Part shown: piece by piece, positions 44,808-60,364 of the stretch
Layout: each line of letters starts with the position of its first letter
Position numbering within the stretch: position 1 is the first letter of the stretch
Assembly: GCA_964016885.1 (NCBI GenBank)
Contig: CAXHJY010001389.1
Coordinates: forward strand, 1-64,000
Length of the DNA: 64,000 nt
DNA from: Eledone cirrhosa
Taxonomy: Eukaryota
Direction: 5' to 3'
The notes under the pieces: generated by a model
What the model saw: the letters and a program-made list of their open reading frames with translations, nothing else
What the model was told of the DNA's origin: nothing
Databases searched by the model: none
Position numbers and translations under genes: made by a program

Positions 44808-47800
44808 GGGCGGCTAGTGAACTCTGGGAAACTCGACCAAACCGTCATCTTTTTGTGTACGACCTGCAGTCAAAAACATTTTTTCTTGTCGACACTGGCG
44901 CGTCACTAAGTATTTGGCCAGTTAGTTATCTTGATAATACTCCGCCTGAGTCCACTATCAATTTGCAAGCAGTCAACCATACCGCGATTCGAACTTATGG
45001 ACAAATTTCGCTTCCTCTTAAGTTTACAAATCTTCGCCATGATTTTAGGTGGAAATTTACTATCGCCGACTTACTATATGCTATCTTGGGAGCGGATTTC
45101 CTCCACCATTTTTCCTTGTCGATTGACATCCGCAGACAACGACTTTTTGATGCTAATACAGGCCTATCGTTCGAGGGTACAAAGCCGGAGATCGCCACAG
45201 TAAGCCCTGCTTTTTTCTTAGCTGAAGTGGGCAAGTATCACAGTTTGTCAAAATCATTCCCACAGCTGACGCAAGGAAGATTACGAACTGTTAGTCCGGA
45301 TCATGTGATTGAACACTTTATATCCACTACAGGTCCACCCGTTTTCTCACGTCCTCGAAGATTATCTGCAGAGAAGTTGAAAGCTGAACGTTCTGAATTC
45401 GACCACATGCTGGAATTAGGAATAATTCGGCGTTCCACAAGTCCTTGGGCATCGCCTCTTCATATGGTACTTAAATCTTCTGGTGATTGGAGATCGACGG
45501 GTGACTACCGACGCTTAAACGCGATTACTGTGCCTGACCGTTATCCAATCCCGCATTTGCAGGATTTCGCTTCTTCATTACAAGGTTGCACAATTTTTTC
45601 TAAGCTCGATTTGATTCGTGCTTATAATCAGATTCCGGTTAAAAAGGAGGATATTCCGATACTGCTATTGCCACTCCTTTTGGATCTTTCGAGTTCCTTA
45701 CTATGCCTTTTGGGCTAAGAAATGCGGCTAGTACCTTCCAACGATTTATGGATGATGTTACTCGGGGCCTGGATTTTGTGTACACGTATATCGATGACGT
45801 GTTGATTGCTAGTTCTTCTCCTGAGCAGCATTCAAAGCATCTGGATCTCGTATTTCGTCGTTTACAGAGATATAATGTTTGTATTAATGCTTCCAAGTGT
45901 GTTTTCGGCTCGACTTCACTAACATTTTTAGGCCATCTGATTGACGCCGATGGTATTCGACCTCTTCCTGAGAAGGTTAAGGCAGTATCGGATTTGCTCT
46001 GCGACAATTGCGTCAATTCTTAGGCCTTGTAAATTTTTATAGGCGATTCGTACCTAATTGTTCCAAATTGCTGTTCTCGTTGACAGAAAATTTTAAGGGT
46101 TGCCGGCGTAAGAATATGGACATTTCCTTAAATAAAACGCAGCTTGAGGATTTTAAAAAAGTGAAAAAGGCGTTAGCGAGTGCGTCTTTGCTCGCCCACC
46201 CAGTACCCAACGCCGAGCTATCGCTCTGTGTTGATGCGTCGGATACTACCGTGGGCGCAGTCTTGCAACAGAAGTGCGATGGTTTACAACAACCACTGGA
46301 ATTTTTTTCGAGAAAGCTAAAGCCTGCTGAAAATCGTTATAGTACTTTCGGGCGTGAGCTTTTAGCAATTTATTTATCTGTGAAACATTTCTCCCATGTT
46401 CTGGACGGGAGAGTGTTCACTATTTTCACAGATCACAAACCGTTGATTTTCGCTTTAAGATCAAAATCTGACAAATATTCGCCTAGGGAAACTAAACATC
46501 TGGATTTTGTTTCCCAATACACACATGATATTCAACATATTCCGGGTGCTTTGAACACTGCGGAAGACGCCTTGTCTCGCCTCCCGATAGCTTCGATCTC
46601 GTCGTCTAACGATATAGATTTGCGTCAATTGGCCATTGACCAACCCTCGCTTGAATCATTGGATTGCACATCGCCGGAGTTCATTAACTGCAATATGAAA
46701 TACCTTCCTTTATCAACCGCTGACGGACAGATACTTTGTGATATCTCGTTGCACTCATCACGACCTCTCGTCCCAGTTGGTCATCGACGAACTGTATTTC
46801 TCGCTTTGCATGGCATTTCTCACCCAGGAGCTACAGCCTCGGTAAAACTCATAACAGCCAGATTTTTCTGGCCTGATATGAGACGTGACATTGCTGCTTG
46901 GTGCCGTACCTGTGTCGCTTGCCAAAAGTCAAAAGTTCATAAGCACGTTAAAACTCCTCTCGGAACTTTCACCTGTCCTGATGCCAGATTTCGTCACATT
47001 CATGTGAACATCGTCGGCCCGTGGCCGATTAGTCGTGGTTATTCGTATATTTTGACGATCGTTGACCGTTTTTCGCCTTGGCCTGAAGCCATCCCTATGA
47101 CAGATATCACTGCTGAAACGACAGCGCGTACTCTCGTATCTGCATGGATCGCTCGTTTTGGAGTACCAACCACAATAACAACAGACCGCAGTCGTCAATT
47201 TGAATCGAACCTCTTCCGTGAATTAACACAAATTATTGGCGCTACTCGCATAAGAACCACGACATATCATCCAGCATCAAACGGAATGGTGGAAAGATTT
47301 CACAGACAGCTTAAAGCCTCTTTAAGGGCTTCAATGGACTCTTCACGTTGGAGTGAGTACCTACCTATGTGTTGTTAGGTATTCGGTCGACAATAAAGGT
47401 GGACCTTGGGTTCTCCCCGGCCGAATTGATTAATGGTACTCCTCTTGCGTTACCGGGGCAAATGCTTGCTCCTGTCGATCTTGCTTCGCAGAATCCCGCT
47501 TCCTACGTGTCCCGGCTTCATTCTTACTTCCAGGATTTACCACCGATGGACACTAGGAAGCAAACTGTAAAAACTGCCGTCCCAAGGGATATTGCCTTGT
47601 GGACACATGTGTTCGTTAGAGACAACGCCGTGAGACCCCCTCTTCAACGGCCGTACTCTGGACCCTATCGTGTGCTTGAGCGCACAGACAAACATTTCAC
47701 ACTTGACATTCGGGGTTCTAGGGAAACGGTTTCCGTCGATCGTCTCAAGCGAGCAAACCTGGACAATGACACAGTAGCACCTGAGACTCAAATGCCTCCT

Positions 47801-47923
47801 CCTTTTTCTGTGCCACAGACACCTGTTTCTTCTCCAACCCCCACATCATCAACACACAGAACTACGACCCGTTCTGGGCGAAGGGTGCATTGGCCCCTCA
47901 AGCTATGCAATTATATAAACTGA
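44783..47923 (+). pseudogene. pol: Gypsy Pol (protease, RT, RNase H, integrase) broken by frameshifts near 45660, 46000 and 47370
   Basis: [60 protein letters not shown]. Confidence 0.92.
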
Positions 47924-48492
47924 TTTGTACTCTTTTTCTCTTCCAGCTATTTTTTGCTGTATATTTCATTGTGTTGCATTCTAAATTTGCATGTTGAATA
48001 TAAGAATACGGGAGTCCAATTCTTTTTGAGTGTTCGTTATGAGAACGAAAGATATTTCCACGTATATTTGCATTTTTCCGAAGTTATACTAGAACCACAT
48101 GTTTGCTTGTTGAGTTGCATTTTTGATTCCTGATTGCCTACGGCAGTGTCAATATATGTTATTTTTCGTAACATTACGACTGTTGTCAATTCTGACACAG
48201 TCCATTTTTTTAGTGCATTTTTATAGCTATGCTACATATGGCATTTTCATTGCCTAGCAAAAAATTTTTTTTTTTGTTTATCGCATTTAGGGCCCCTTTA
48301 TTGCGAAGAGTGTTATCTTTTCATGCATTTTGCATCTTTTGCTGTACATTTTTTCTGTGTTAATGCTTGCAGACATGAACCTATTTCTTTTTTTCATAAT
48401 TTGTTGGTACATGCTTCTACATGTAAACTACCTTGTGGGTCTCTCGCTTCATCGTTAACGATTTTTCGACAAAACATCTGCTCCGAGGTGAA

Positions 48493-48940
48493 TGTAGTGA
48501 TTGAGATGGTCGCTTAGCAACTAGCAGTTGCCTCCCCTTAACACCTCTTCAGAGAGCGGAGGCAAGATACATCCGGTCACACGCGGGTTGCTCACTCTCT
48601 TTCTCATGGACCGCGGACATGAACAAACGTGAAACTATTCGCTCCTCAAAAATATTGACCATGCTGGCTTCGTGAGGGACTATGTGAAAATGCCCTCCTT
48701 CGGATCAAGGACGCCACGATATCTCGACTAATATGCATTCGCTTATTCCTTCGTTATTCCTGCACCGGAGAATATAATTACACTACTTCTATTAACCCAC
48801 AAGGTATGTTTGAATTGACATTGTACATAATTTATTAAATGTCGCATTTAATAAAGGAGCGTTGATTTTTTACTGTTCACCCCCCTTCTGGAGTAATTTA
48901 TTTCTACAAAGAGAAACGATGTATTGTCCATTCATCGACA
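48493..48940 (+). repeat. 3' LTR
   Basis: Homologous to the 5' LTR with some substitutions and a ~10-bp indel. Confidence 0.9.
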
Positions 48941-49056
48941 AATATACATACTACTGTCCGTCTCTATACATATATGTATGTACGTATACATACTTATATT
49001 TAAGTAACAGCCGTACTAAGAGTGGGAATGACATTTCGTTTCATTTTTCCCGTTTA

Positions 49057-49186
<130 letters not shown>

Positions 49187-49187
49187 T

Positions 49188-50927
49188 GTGTGTGACAGCA
49201 CGGAGGACCTCCTCAGCAGAATCGGCGTGGGTAACCGATCTGGGGACCTAACAAACTGCATAATAGGCAGTATGGATGTTGTGTCCCTGTATCCATCTAT
49301 TGACGTGGATTTTGCTGTGGAGAAATGCGTAGAAATGATCAGCGGGAGCAAGGTTGAGTTCCATGGGATTGATACTAGTGAGCTGGGACTTCTTCTTAAG
49401 CTTACCCATAGTAATAGTTACCTAGACACTTATGACCTTAGCAACCTGTGCCCTACAAGACCAGCAAGAGGCAGACCACCTACCATTACCTCAATGGCCA
49501 AGAAAACCCACACAGATAGATGGAACGGGTGGACCAGAGCCATACGGACACCCGAAAACCACGATGAACTGAAGAAAATGATTGCACATGCGGTAGGGGC
49601 CAGCATAAAATTAACCCTTAAGGAACATATGTTCAAATTTAATGGTAAAACATATGCCCAAGAGGAAGGAGCAGCCATTGGTGTTAGCATTGCAGGCGAC
49701 ATAGCTAACTTATTCATGGTATGGTGGGACAGTAGACTTAAACAAAAACTTAATGAACAATTAGAAGACAGCTTAACCCTGATAATGTACTCCCGCTACG
49801 TAGATGATATAAACATCGTAGTTAAGACACCCCCACTAAAGAACAGTCAGGAACTAGAGAAAAACACAATGGAAAGCATCCAGCAAATAGCAAACTCCAT
49901 CCACCAGAGCATTAGAGTTACTATAGACTACCCAAGTAGACACCCCAACCATCGATTACCTGTACTAGACACAGAGCTCTGGTTAGATACCATTAACAAC
50001 CAAAAACAAATCCTCCATTCCCATTATGCCAAACCCATGACTTCCAAACATCTGATCCACCGAAACTCGGCCATTTCGGACCATACCAAAATCAACATAC
50101 TGATTGCGGATTTGGTACGGGTGATGAGAAATGTGTCCCGCATGTGCAACCCCGAAGAACTAGAGAGACACATACAACACTTCATCCACCGTATGCAGTT
50201 CTCTGGCTACAATCAGAGAGATAGAATCAGAGTGTATAAAGGAGCCAGAACCAAATGGGAAAAAATGGTAAATAATGACATAAATGGGACCTGCCCCTTG
50301 TATAGGAGCAAATTTTGGAATAGAATAGAAAGAACTAGGAACAAGGCCAATAGAATAAACTCATGGTATGATAGCAATAAATACCAGAGTGTAATGTTCA
50401 TCAATACAACCCCTAGAGGCGAACTAGCCTACAAATTTAGAAGGGCCCTAAATAAACATAATCTCAATATTAAGATAGTAGAAAGACCTGGTACCTCCGT
50501 AAAAACACTTATTAGCAAGACATACCCGTTCCAAAGACCCTCATGTATAGATAAGAAATGTATAACCTGTAGAATAAGCCCCCATATTAACTGTAAAACT
50601 AGAAATGTAGTGTATAGCATAAGATGTACTGAAGGACAATGTAGAAACAAAAATATAGTGTACATAGGTGAGACAGCTCGTAGTATAGGGGAACGAATAA
50701 ATGAACACTGGCGAGACCTCCAAGATAATAAAGAATCATCTGTGCTCTACCAACATGCTAAGATAGAACACAGGGGTAGATTAGAGAGCATAGAAATAAA
50801 AATAGAATCCACACACAGAAAAGACGCAATGTTTAGGCAAATTACAGAGGCAGTAAGCATAAAAGAATTAAAACCAAAATTAAATAGAAAATATGAGTGG
50901 AACAGCAACATCACAACTTACAATTAA
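49188..50927 (+). CDS. Penelope-like element RT + GIY-YIG endonuclease (5'-truncated, frame intact)
   Basis: SMDVVSLYPSI, QEEGAAIG, YSRYVDD, LPVLD, CxxxxCxxC, VVYSIRC, YIGETARSIGERINEH, LNRKYE. Confidence 0.93.
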   Translation: MCDSTEDLLSRIGVGNRSGDLTNCIIGSMDVVSLYPSIDVDFAVEKCVEMISGSKVEFHGIDTSELGLLLKLTHSNSYLDTYDLSNLCPTRPARGRPPTITSMAKKTHTDRWNGWTRAIRTPENHDELKKMIAHAVGASIKLTLKEHMFKFNGKTYAQEEGAAIGVSIAGDIANLFMVWWDSRLKQKLNEQLEDSLTLIMYSRYVDDINIVVKTPPLKNSQELEKNTMESIQQIANSIHQSIRVTIDYPSRHPNHRLPVLDTELWLDTINNQKQILHSHYAKPMTSKHLIHRNSAISDHTKINILIADLVRVMRNVSRMCNPEELERHIQHFIHRMQFSGYNQRDRIRVYKGARTKWEKMVNNDINGTCPLYRSKFWNRIERTRNKANRINSWYDSNKYQSVMFINTTPRGELAYKFRRALNKHNLNIKIVERPGTSVKTLISKTYPFQRPSCIDKKCITCRISPHINCKTRNVVYSIRCTEGQCRNKNIVYIGETARSIGERINEHWRDLQDNKESSVLYQHAKIEHRGRLESIEIKIESTHRKDAMFRQITEAVSIKELKPKLNRKYEWNSNITTYN

Positions 50928-51202
50928 GGACAAAATGAAAACACACACACACATAGAACAAACAACTTACAATTGAAAACACACACAGGACAAAATGAAA
51001 ACACACACACACATAGAACAAACAACCAACCAACAATAAATAAATAAATAAATAAACAAATAGAAAAATAGAAAAATGAACACAAACACACACAGACACC
51101 CGGATGTGGCGCATGCGCAAACTGAGCACACAACACACACAGAGAAACAAAATGGCGTAGGATAGAAGAAAGAAAAGGCACAGAAACGAAGAAGGAATCC
51201 CC

Positions 51203-51247
51203 AGTCACTGAAGAGGTCACAGAGTGTGTGACGAAAGGACTATGACT
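51203..51247 (+). ncRNA. minimal type I hammerhead ribozyme motif in the Penelope 3' end
   Basis: agtca CTGAAGA g gtcaca gagtg tgtgac GAAA ggac ta tgact. Confidence 0.72.
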
Positions 51248-51476
51248 ATATATATAAACAACTATCTGGTTGTGGAACCAACCAACCAACCAGAAATTTA
51301 TAGGTTTGTAAATTTGTAAATTTATAAATATATAATAAATTGAAGTGAAAGCAACTGGTGCGTGTGTTTCTTATTGGCAACATGACCCTCCCAAAGTATA
51401 ACAATATCGGTTTCAACACACGATTTCAGATAAAGAATCTTGCTAAACAAATTCAGAAACGATATATATATATGTG

Positions 51477-51562
<86 letters not shown>

Positions 51563-51602
51563 TATATATATATATATATATGCATATATATATATATATA
51601 TA

Positions 51603-51748
<146 letters not shown>

Positions 51749-51766
51749 TACATATATATATATATG

Positions 51767-51818
<52 letters not shown>

Positions 51819-51854
51819 TACATATATATATATATGCTTATATATATATATATA

Positions 51855-51919
<65 letters not shown>

Positions 51920-52069
51920 CTGTTAGAACACGAAAAGTGTGAAACAACAGAATGTTCACTTTTCGTGTTCTAACATATATGCCTAACTTCTTCATAAATT
52001 TTTCGGGGATAGCCGTGGTGGTGGTGATCGTATGTCATTGGCTAATTTTCAACCAATCAGAGTAAGTGT

Positions 52070-52119
<50 letters not shown>

Positions 52120-53452
52120 TATTCCCCCTCTCTCTATATATATATCTTACGCTTTCGCTTTACACTCCTCCCCTTCAATAACACATTTCCCCCTCTCTAT
52201 ATATCTCTTCCACTGTTACTTACGCCTGTTTCTCTCTATCTGTTCCGTCTCTATATATATCTCTCTTACTCTTTCGCTTTGCACTCCTCCCCTTCAATAC
52301 CATCTCTCCCCCTCTCTATATATTTGTTACTCTATCGCTGCACGCTCCTCTCCTTCAATTACACACGCTTTACACTCCTTTATCCCCAGCGCCCCTATAT
52401 ATACACCCCCCCCTCCCGCATCTATATTTTAATGTTCCGTTGCACCGTGAATATATGTGTCTATATATATATACATATATATTGTATATACACATTCATG
52501 TATGTGTATATACACTCATGTATGTATATACACTGGTTTTATGTGTGTATTGTAAATTTGTACTGTTAAAACACGAAACTAACATTCGATTAGACACTTT
52601 GATTACCTGTACAGGCAATAGTTATTAGAATGCTGTTGAAGTGTGTATATATTTTTGGGGGACATCCTGTATATACACACATTATATATAATACAATAAA
52701 CAGATAAATACACACATATATATATATGAGCTTATTTAATTATAAATATTGTGAATTTTTAACTCAGTTCAATTATATATATAAATGGCTTCTACAGGAC
52801 TAGAACTGTTTCATTCGAAAGAAATCATCATAATATTGAGAGGGGGGACTAGATAAAATATTTCAAATCAAATGTGTATAAGTTATAAGTTAAAATGTAT
52901 AAATAGAGACGATAGTGGAGGTATATCTGTTTAGTGGAACAGTAGACGATAGAATTAAATACAGACGAGAATCTCCCTTTAATGAAACAGCAGACGATAG
53001 AATTTAGGCAATTTAAATTTTAAGCATTTGCATTTTTGCCTTTCATCGTTACGGGGTCGATAAAATAAAGTACCAGTAATACACTGTCACTATAAGTAGA
53101 CGACTTTCAAATTGAATTGTTGGTTCCATTTCTTTAGTATTTTCAATTGTAGTTATCTACTTAAAAAGCGTTACACGGTTAGAGACATAATTGGTAAGTT
53201 ATATCTTCCCTATTAAACCATTGCATTATTTCGCCTACAATAGAACAAAAATGAAATGTTCTTTAAAGAAACAGGAATATAACTTTATAAAAAAAAAAGT
53301 TGCATCCGCTTCTTTTATCATTGATAATTTTTTCGTTTTAATATTAATTGTTTTTTGTAGTTGTTTATATTAAAAATCTTACTGTAATATTTACTTAAAC
53401 GAAGGCAGACATCTAAACTTATAGATTAATCTTGAGCGAAGGACTAGATAAA

Positions 53453-53502
<50 letters not shown>

Positions 53503-53992
53503 AACGAAGAATGATAACATTTCAAGCAAAGAGTTTAATTAGGTAATGACTTACAAATTTGTTTGAGTATATATTTAATATAATATTAATATATTTTGTA
53601 ATATTATTAACTAATTATTATAATTAGCGCTTCAGGCTTTGTCTATATACTGAAACAAATTTGTAAGTCATTACCTAATTAAACTCTTTGCTTTAAATTT
53701 TATCACTCTTCGTTTTGAATTTCTCCTAAGTATTCAATACTCTGTTGAGAAATACATTTTACATAAACAGTCTTTGTACCATTTATACGGTATTAATTAC
53801 TTATATTTATATATATATATATATAGCGTATGATTAGAACTGTGTTTATTATTAATATTTTAATGGATTTAATGAAAAATTTTAGGTGTTCATATATATA
53901 TTCTAAAAATGCGCGAAATCGTGAATCCGCGATAGTTGAACCGCCAAGTAGCGAGGTATCACTGTATATATGTTTAAATATATAGTGTAGCT

Positions 53993-54457
53993 GTGATGTA
54001 TCTCGCGAGTGAATCGAGACCTGTCACTGATTTTGGTGTCCCCACTGCCGATGTGAATGAGCAACGCTGCACTTGTGAATTGGGTCTTGATGTTGCAGGC
54101 AGTTCATATACTTACAATGATGCGGTCCCACAAGCTTGTTCACATTCCTGTGCTAATAATCTAGATGGGCGTATTAAATTGGATGTGAAAGCAGCTTACC
54201 GGATGCGGAATCGGGAGAAGTTGAGACAAAAACAGGCCGATTATAGAGCTGTGAATTTTGCTAAATTAACACAAAAACAGGCCAAGTATAGATGTTCAAA
54301 ACGGTATGAGTTGGCAAACAAGCAGGCCAAGTATAGATCTGCAAATTCAGCTATTATATCTCAAAAGCAAGCCGAGCGTAGAGCTTCTAAACGTACCGAG
54401 TTGGCTAAAGAGCAGACCAAGTACAGATCTGCAAATATCTTATTGCACAAACAATAA
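53993..54457 (+). CDS. duplicate of the KQAxYR-repeat ORF
   Basis: Identical translation to 3407-3871. Confidence 0.4.
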   Translation: MMYLASESRPVTDFGVPTADVNEQRCTCELGLDVAGSSYTYNDAVPQACSHSCANNLDGRIKLDVKAAYRMRNREKLRQKQADYRAVNFAKLTQKQAKYRCSKRYELANKQAKYRSANSAIISQKQAERRASKRTELAKEQTKYRSANILLHKQ

Positions 54458-54669
54458 TTCTGCACAAATGTTGCTCCATTATTAGATCTAATGTTGCAAC
54501 GATACAGTTAAATGTTGTCTGTGTATTTTAAAAAAGATTTGCTTATAATCTTTTCAAATTTCATTACGCCAATGATTCAAGCTCAAATTGACATTATCTA
54601 AAAAATTGTACAAACAGCGGTGGATTAGCAGTAGTGAACAGATAAATCAGTCAATTTATTAAGATTGAC

Positions 54670-55322
54670 TTGGCATCAATCAGCAAGACCTTCATTAGCT
54701 GCTCTCCAGCCATCTATTTAAAGCTGTATACATCTATGGTACGAATACACTTGGAGTTCGCGTCATCAGTCTGGAACCCCTATCTTGCTCAGAACATTGA
54801 CCTCCTGGAAACTGTTCAGAGACATGCAACCAAGCGCATACCCTCCATCAGACACCTACCATACCCTGAATATTTTGCTTCCCTCTGGCAATGGACTTGG
54901 TAAACACCCACAAAGTTATTAACCATCCGACCAACAACAACCCCGAACATCTTTTTGATCTCCATGTGTCTAACACGTGGACATGCCTACAAAGTCAGAA
55001 AACAACACAGCTCCCATGACTTTAGGAAATATTTCTTCATGCTCAGAGTTGCTGAAGGATGGAACAAACTTCCTGCATCAGTTGTTAGCTGATGACACAC
55101 TGCATCCTTTAAAACCATCATACATTCCGAAATACACCAACACTACACCTGATGTCCCCCTTCCATACACATGCACATATGTGTATATCATGACTCATGC
55201 ACTGTTCTTTTTTCATGACGTTTTTATATTACCCTATGCATTATATATGCACTTTTGATGAGTTGTAGTGCACCTCAGCATTGTACACAATATTTTCATT
55301 ATTATTATCATTATTATTATTA
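54670..55322 (+). mobile_element. CR1/L2-group LINE 3' fragment (duplicate)
   Basis: Same as 4084-4736. Confidence 0.8.
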
Positions 55323-56506
55323 CACTCATTGATCCATTTTGCACTAACTCTGCATCAAGCACCTTCACCTAAATATTAACCAATCAAGGATCCAATACAG
55401 CTATCTGTTGGATGAGTATTGTATAGTGCCAAAAACGAAACCAATCAGTTTACCAGAAAGTTTCCAGACAGGAAACACGCATATTTTGCTATCCTCAAAC
55501 ACGTTTACACATGGCATGAAATATAACTAATCCGGGATGGCTAGGTTTCATCTTCTAACTGGATATACGAAATCCATTATGTCTTGACAACAACATGAGG
55601 TAACATTATGTTATTCACAGACACACTTTGTACACTGTTCCATATCAGAATGTATTTCCTTCGTCACATTCACAAACAGTATTGAAAATATGTTCTTCGG
55701 CAAATAAAAATGTTTTGTTCATAATATTTCAACTAGCGATTGCTCTACTCCACGCACGACCACCATAAATTAATGACCAGCTCAACACAAGTATTGGTAG
55801 AGCGTCAGACACCATGCTTTGCAGTATTGTTATGGTCCTTTGCACTCTAAGTTCAAATCCTGCCGAGGTTAACTTCGACTTTCATACTTACTAATTCGAT
55901 AAAATAAAGTACCAGTAATGGACTGCCGTAATGGATTTGTGCCGAAAAATAGAAACACTATTAATGTGCAATAAGAGCAAAATATAACGACATTGCTCAA
56001 TTATTTTATCTAATGTTGTAATAACACAAGGAAATGTTGTTTGTGTATTTTTTTTTATATTTGCTCATAGGCTTTTACAATTTCGCTCAGCCAACAACTA
56101 TTAAAAAGTGAGTTGCTTAAGATAACAATTTAATCACAAATTGTTGCTATCTTTTAATACACTCCAACAAGTCATCAAATTATGTACAATAAAAACATCT
56201 TATTAATTTGCTCAGGGAATATAAAGAAAATGTATATACACTGATAATTGCAATTGTATGTAAATATTTTGTTTTTGTATTGTTTATTTTATGTTTTCTA
56301 TTATGTATATTGATTTAATATTGATTGTTTTTTGTAGTTGTTTATATTAAAAGTCTGAAAATATTTTTATACATCTTACACTAATATTTATAAGATAATT
56401 TATAATAACAATTACATAATCTAATTACATTACAACGATAATTTATTATTAATATATATCCTGTTTAACTAGAGTTATTACAAGCGTTGCCTTAAAAAAA
56501 TATTAA

Positions 56507-57463
56507 ACTAGACATGAAAAATGCGCAAGCTCAAAAGTGCCACAGAATGTTATAATAAACCTTCAAAAGTGTGGGACTAGAGTTGTTGCTAAAAAATATT
56601 GTAATCATTATATATCGTACATTCTGTGGCATCCTTTATAAAAATAGCTTAAACCAACGAAGCCTTTATTTTTACGCTATTTCACTTAGTTAATTCTTAG
56701 AGTGTAACATATAAAAATAAATACATCTATGTTTAATGTAATAACAGCTATAAATAATTACGTAATATTATTATCATATACTCATAGTAACAAAATAATT
56801 GTGTTGAAAATTAATATGATGCTTATATGAACGATCAAATCTATAATGATAATTTCTTAAATATACTAATAGTAAAATAATTTAGTTATCTATTGTTACA
56901 TTTTCATAGAACTATAATATTAACAATCGTATTGCATTATCAAATTTTTATCACTACAAACTTTCATATTGGAATTACCTTAAGCCACTTATTATTACTT
57001 CGCTTTCGTACTTTTACAGCTGTAGATATTGCGCTGTATCTTATATCTAATATCAATATCTCATGGTAATTTGCATGCAGTGTAAAATAGGTTTATTAAT
57101 AACTTTAATATGAAATGTATTATACAGGGCTGCGGAGTCGGCCAAAAATTGACTGGCTCCAACTCAGGATCCGATACTCCATTATTTCCTAAATTTCAGC
57201 TCCGCAGCTCTGTTATTATATTAATTAATTTATTTTATAGTTGTAAATCATATTTTTATATGTTACACTCTAAGAATTAACTAAGTGAAATAGCGTAAAA
57301 ATAAAGGCTTCGTTGGTTTAAGCTATTTTTATAAAGGATGCCACAGAATGTATGATATATAATGATTACAATATTTTTTAGCAACAACTCTAGTCCCACA
57401 CTTTTGAAGGTTTATTATAACATTCTGTGGCACTTTTGAGCTTGCGCATTTTTCATGTCTAGT
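56507..57463. mobile_element. fold-back/MITE element copy 2, ends ACTAG...CTAGT; nested hAT MITE at 57125-57212
   Basis: ~210-bp terminal inverted repeats. Confidence 0.85.
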
Positions 57464-57523
57464 ACATATATGTATATATATGTATATATATATATGTATG
57501 TATATATATGTGTATATATATAT

Positions 57524-57568
<45 letters not shown>

Positions 57569-58082
57569 TGTATATATTATTTTACTTTTCTCGTGACTCG
57601 TGATTGTCTCCCTTTTCCGCTTCGTGACGCTATGATACTTCCTCAGTCAAAGGACTGCTAGAATTTCAAATTTGGCAGTCATTCGATGCGTGAAAGGACA
57701 ACTTAGCGGGCACGAAAATTAACTGCGGTAATGAATTTTTTCTTATATTAAAGTTTAATGGGCTTTTACTGACAATTTATAAGTGTCCACCTAATTATAT
57801 TCTTACATGAAAATATGTTAGGCTTCTACATAAACTGGAAACATTCTCCCAACTTGTAGAAAACTTATAATGAAACAATTGTTTGGAAAGAGAGATATAT
57901 TTTAACTTTAATTATATCTCATCTAAAATAATACAACTGGCTTTCCACAAAATACATATAGTTAGCACCCCAGACACTAAATTGGGTTTATACTAACGTA
58001 TAACCTAATGTTTGTTGAGTGAGATGGTTACCAGTCGGAGTTTAGCTTAAAGCTTTCTCTGTTATTGTATTAAATAATTATA

Positions 58083-58146
<64 letters not shown>

Positions 58147-58147
58147 A

Positions 58148-58335
<188 letters not shown>

Positions 58336-58478
58336 TCAGGTTTGAGGTTCACCACTGTATAGAGCTGGTCTATTCCGTATGGTCAATCGTAATGCAATAA
58401 TATAGAGAGTACTCAACGTAAAGCAGTTCAACCGTCTTTGTTTTTGTAGTTGGTGGTGCTATTACGGAGTTAAATATT

Positions 58479-58845
58479 ATAATGAAATGACAGGAGGCTG
58501 GATTTGTGTAAATCCTTTCTTTCTTTCTTTTACCTTGTGTCATGGGATCGACGTTAACCTATGCTCCCATCTCTTTCTGTTTTCGTTCATCTGACCGGTA
58601 GTAGCATACTATAAAATTTAGCCACGTCACTCCAGGGCGACCGGCTGAGGTTGAAGGAACAGAATAGCGGTCGCCCTCGGGTCTCGATTTTCAGCCCCAT
58701 GGATTTTACCTATTACATTCACGTATTATATTTCGAATACCTGATGATATCACCGGATTCATACGGAACCCGGTCATTGAAATGATCATAGTATAATAAA
58801 CCTCTCAAGGATTTACACAAATCCAGCCTCCTGTCATTTCATTAT
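58479..58845 (+). mobile_element. ~370-bp non-coding element with 39-bp inverted ends, a GC-rich hairpin and a hammerhead motif
   Basis: 58479-58517 is the reverse complement of 58807-58845; hairpin agggcgaccg/cggtcgccct at 58634-58677. Confidence 0.7.
58737..58794 (+). ncRNA. minimal type I hammerhead ribozyme motif
   Basis: atac CTGATGA tatcaccgg...ccggtcatt GAAA TGATCA TA gtat; palindromic ATGATCAT stem III. Confidence 0.68.
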
Positions 58846-58970
<125 letters not shown>

Positions 58971-58987
58971 AATATATATAAATATAT

Positions 58988-59084
<97 letters not shown>

Positions 59085-59093
59085 TATATATAC

Positions 59094-59146
<53 letters not shown>

Positions 59147-59181
59147 AATATATATATACATATATATAAATATATATATAC

Positions 59182-59442
<261 letters not shown>

Positions 59443-59447
59443 TATAT

Positions 59448-59550
<103 letters not shown>

Positions 59551-59557
59551 TATAAAT

Positions 59558-59772
<215 letters not shown>

Positions 59773-59773
59773 A

Positions 59774-59924
<151 letters not shown>

Positions 59925-59973
59925 TATATATACATATATATAAATATATATATATATATAAATATACATATAT

Positions 59974-60080
<107 letters not shown>

Positions 60081-60081
60081 A

Positions 60082-60134
<53 letters not shown>

Positions 60135-60135
60135 A

Positions 60136-60186
<51 letters not shown>

Positions 60187-60217
60187 AATATATATAAATA
60201 TATATATATATATATAA

Positions 60218-60268
<51 letters not shown>

Positions 60269-60269
60269 A

Positions 60270-60361
<92 letters not shown>

Positions 60362-60364
<3 letters not shown>

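Larger units (their letters stand above)
43051..48940 (+). mobile_element. Gypsy/Ty3 LTR retrotransposon, near full length, pol disrupted
   Basis: Two TG...CA LTRs, a PBS, gag, and PR-RT-RH-IN domain order. No TSD recognised. Confidence 0.95.
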
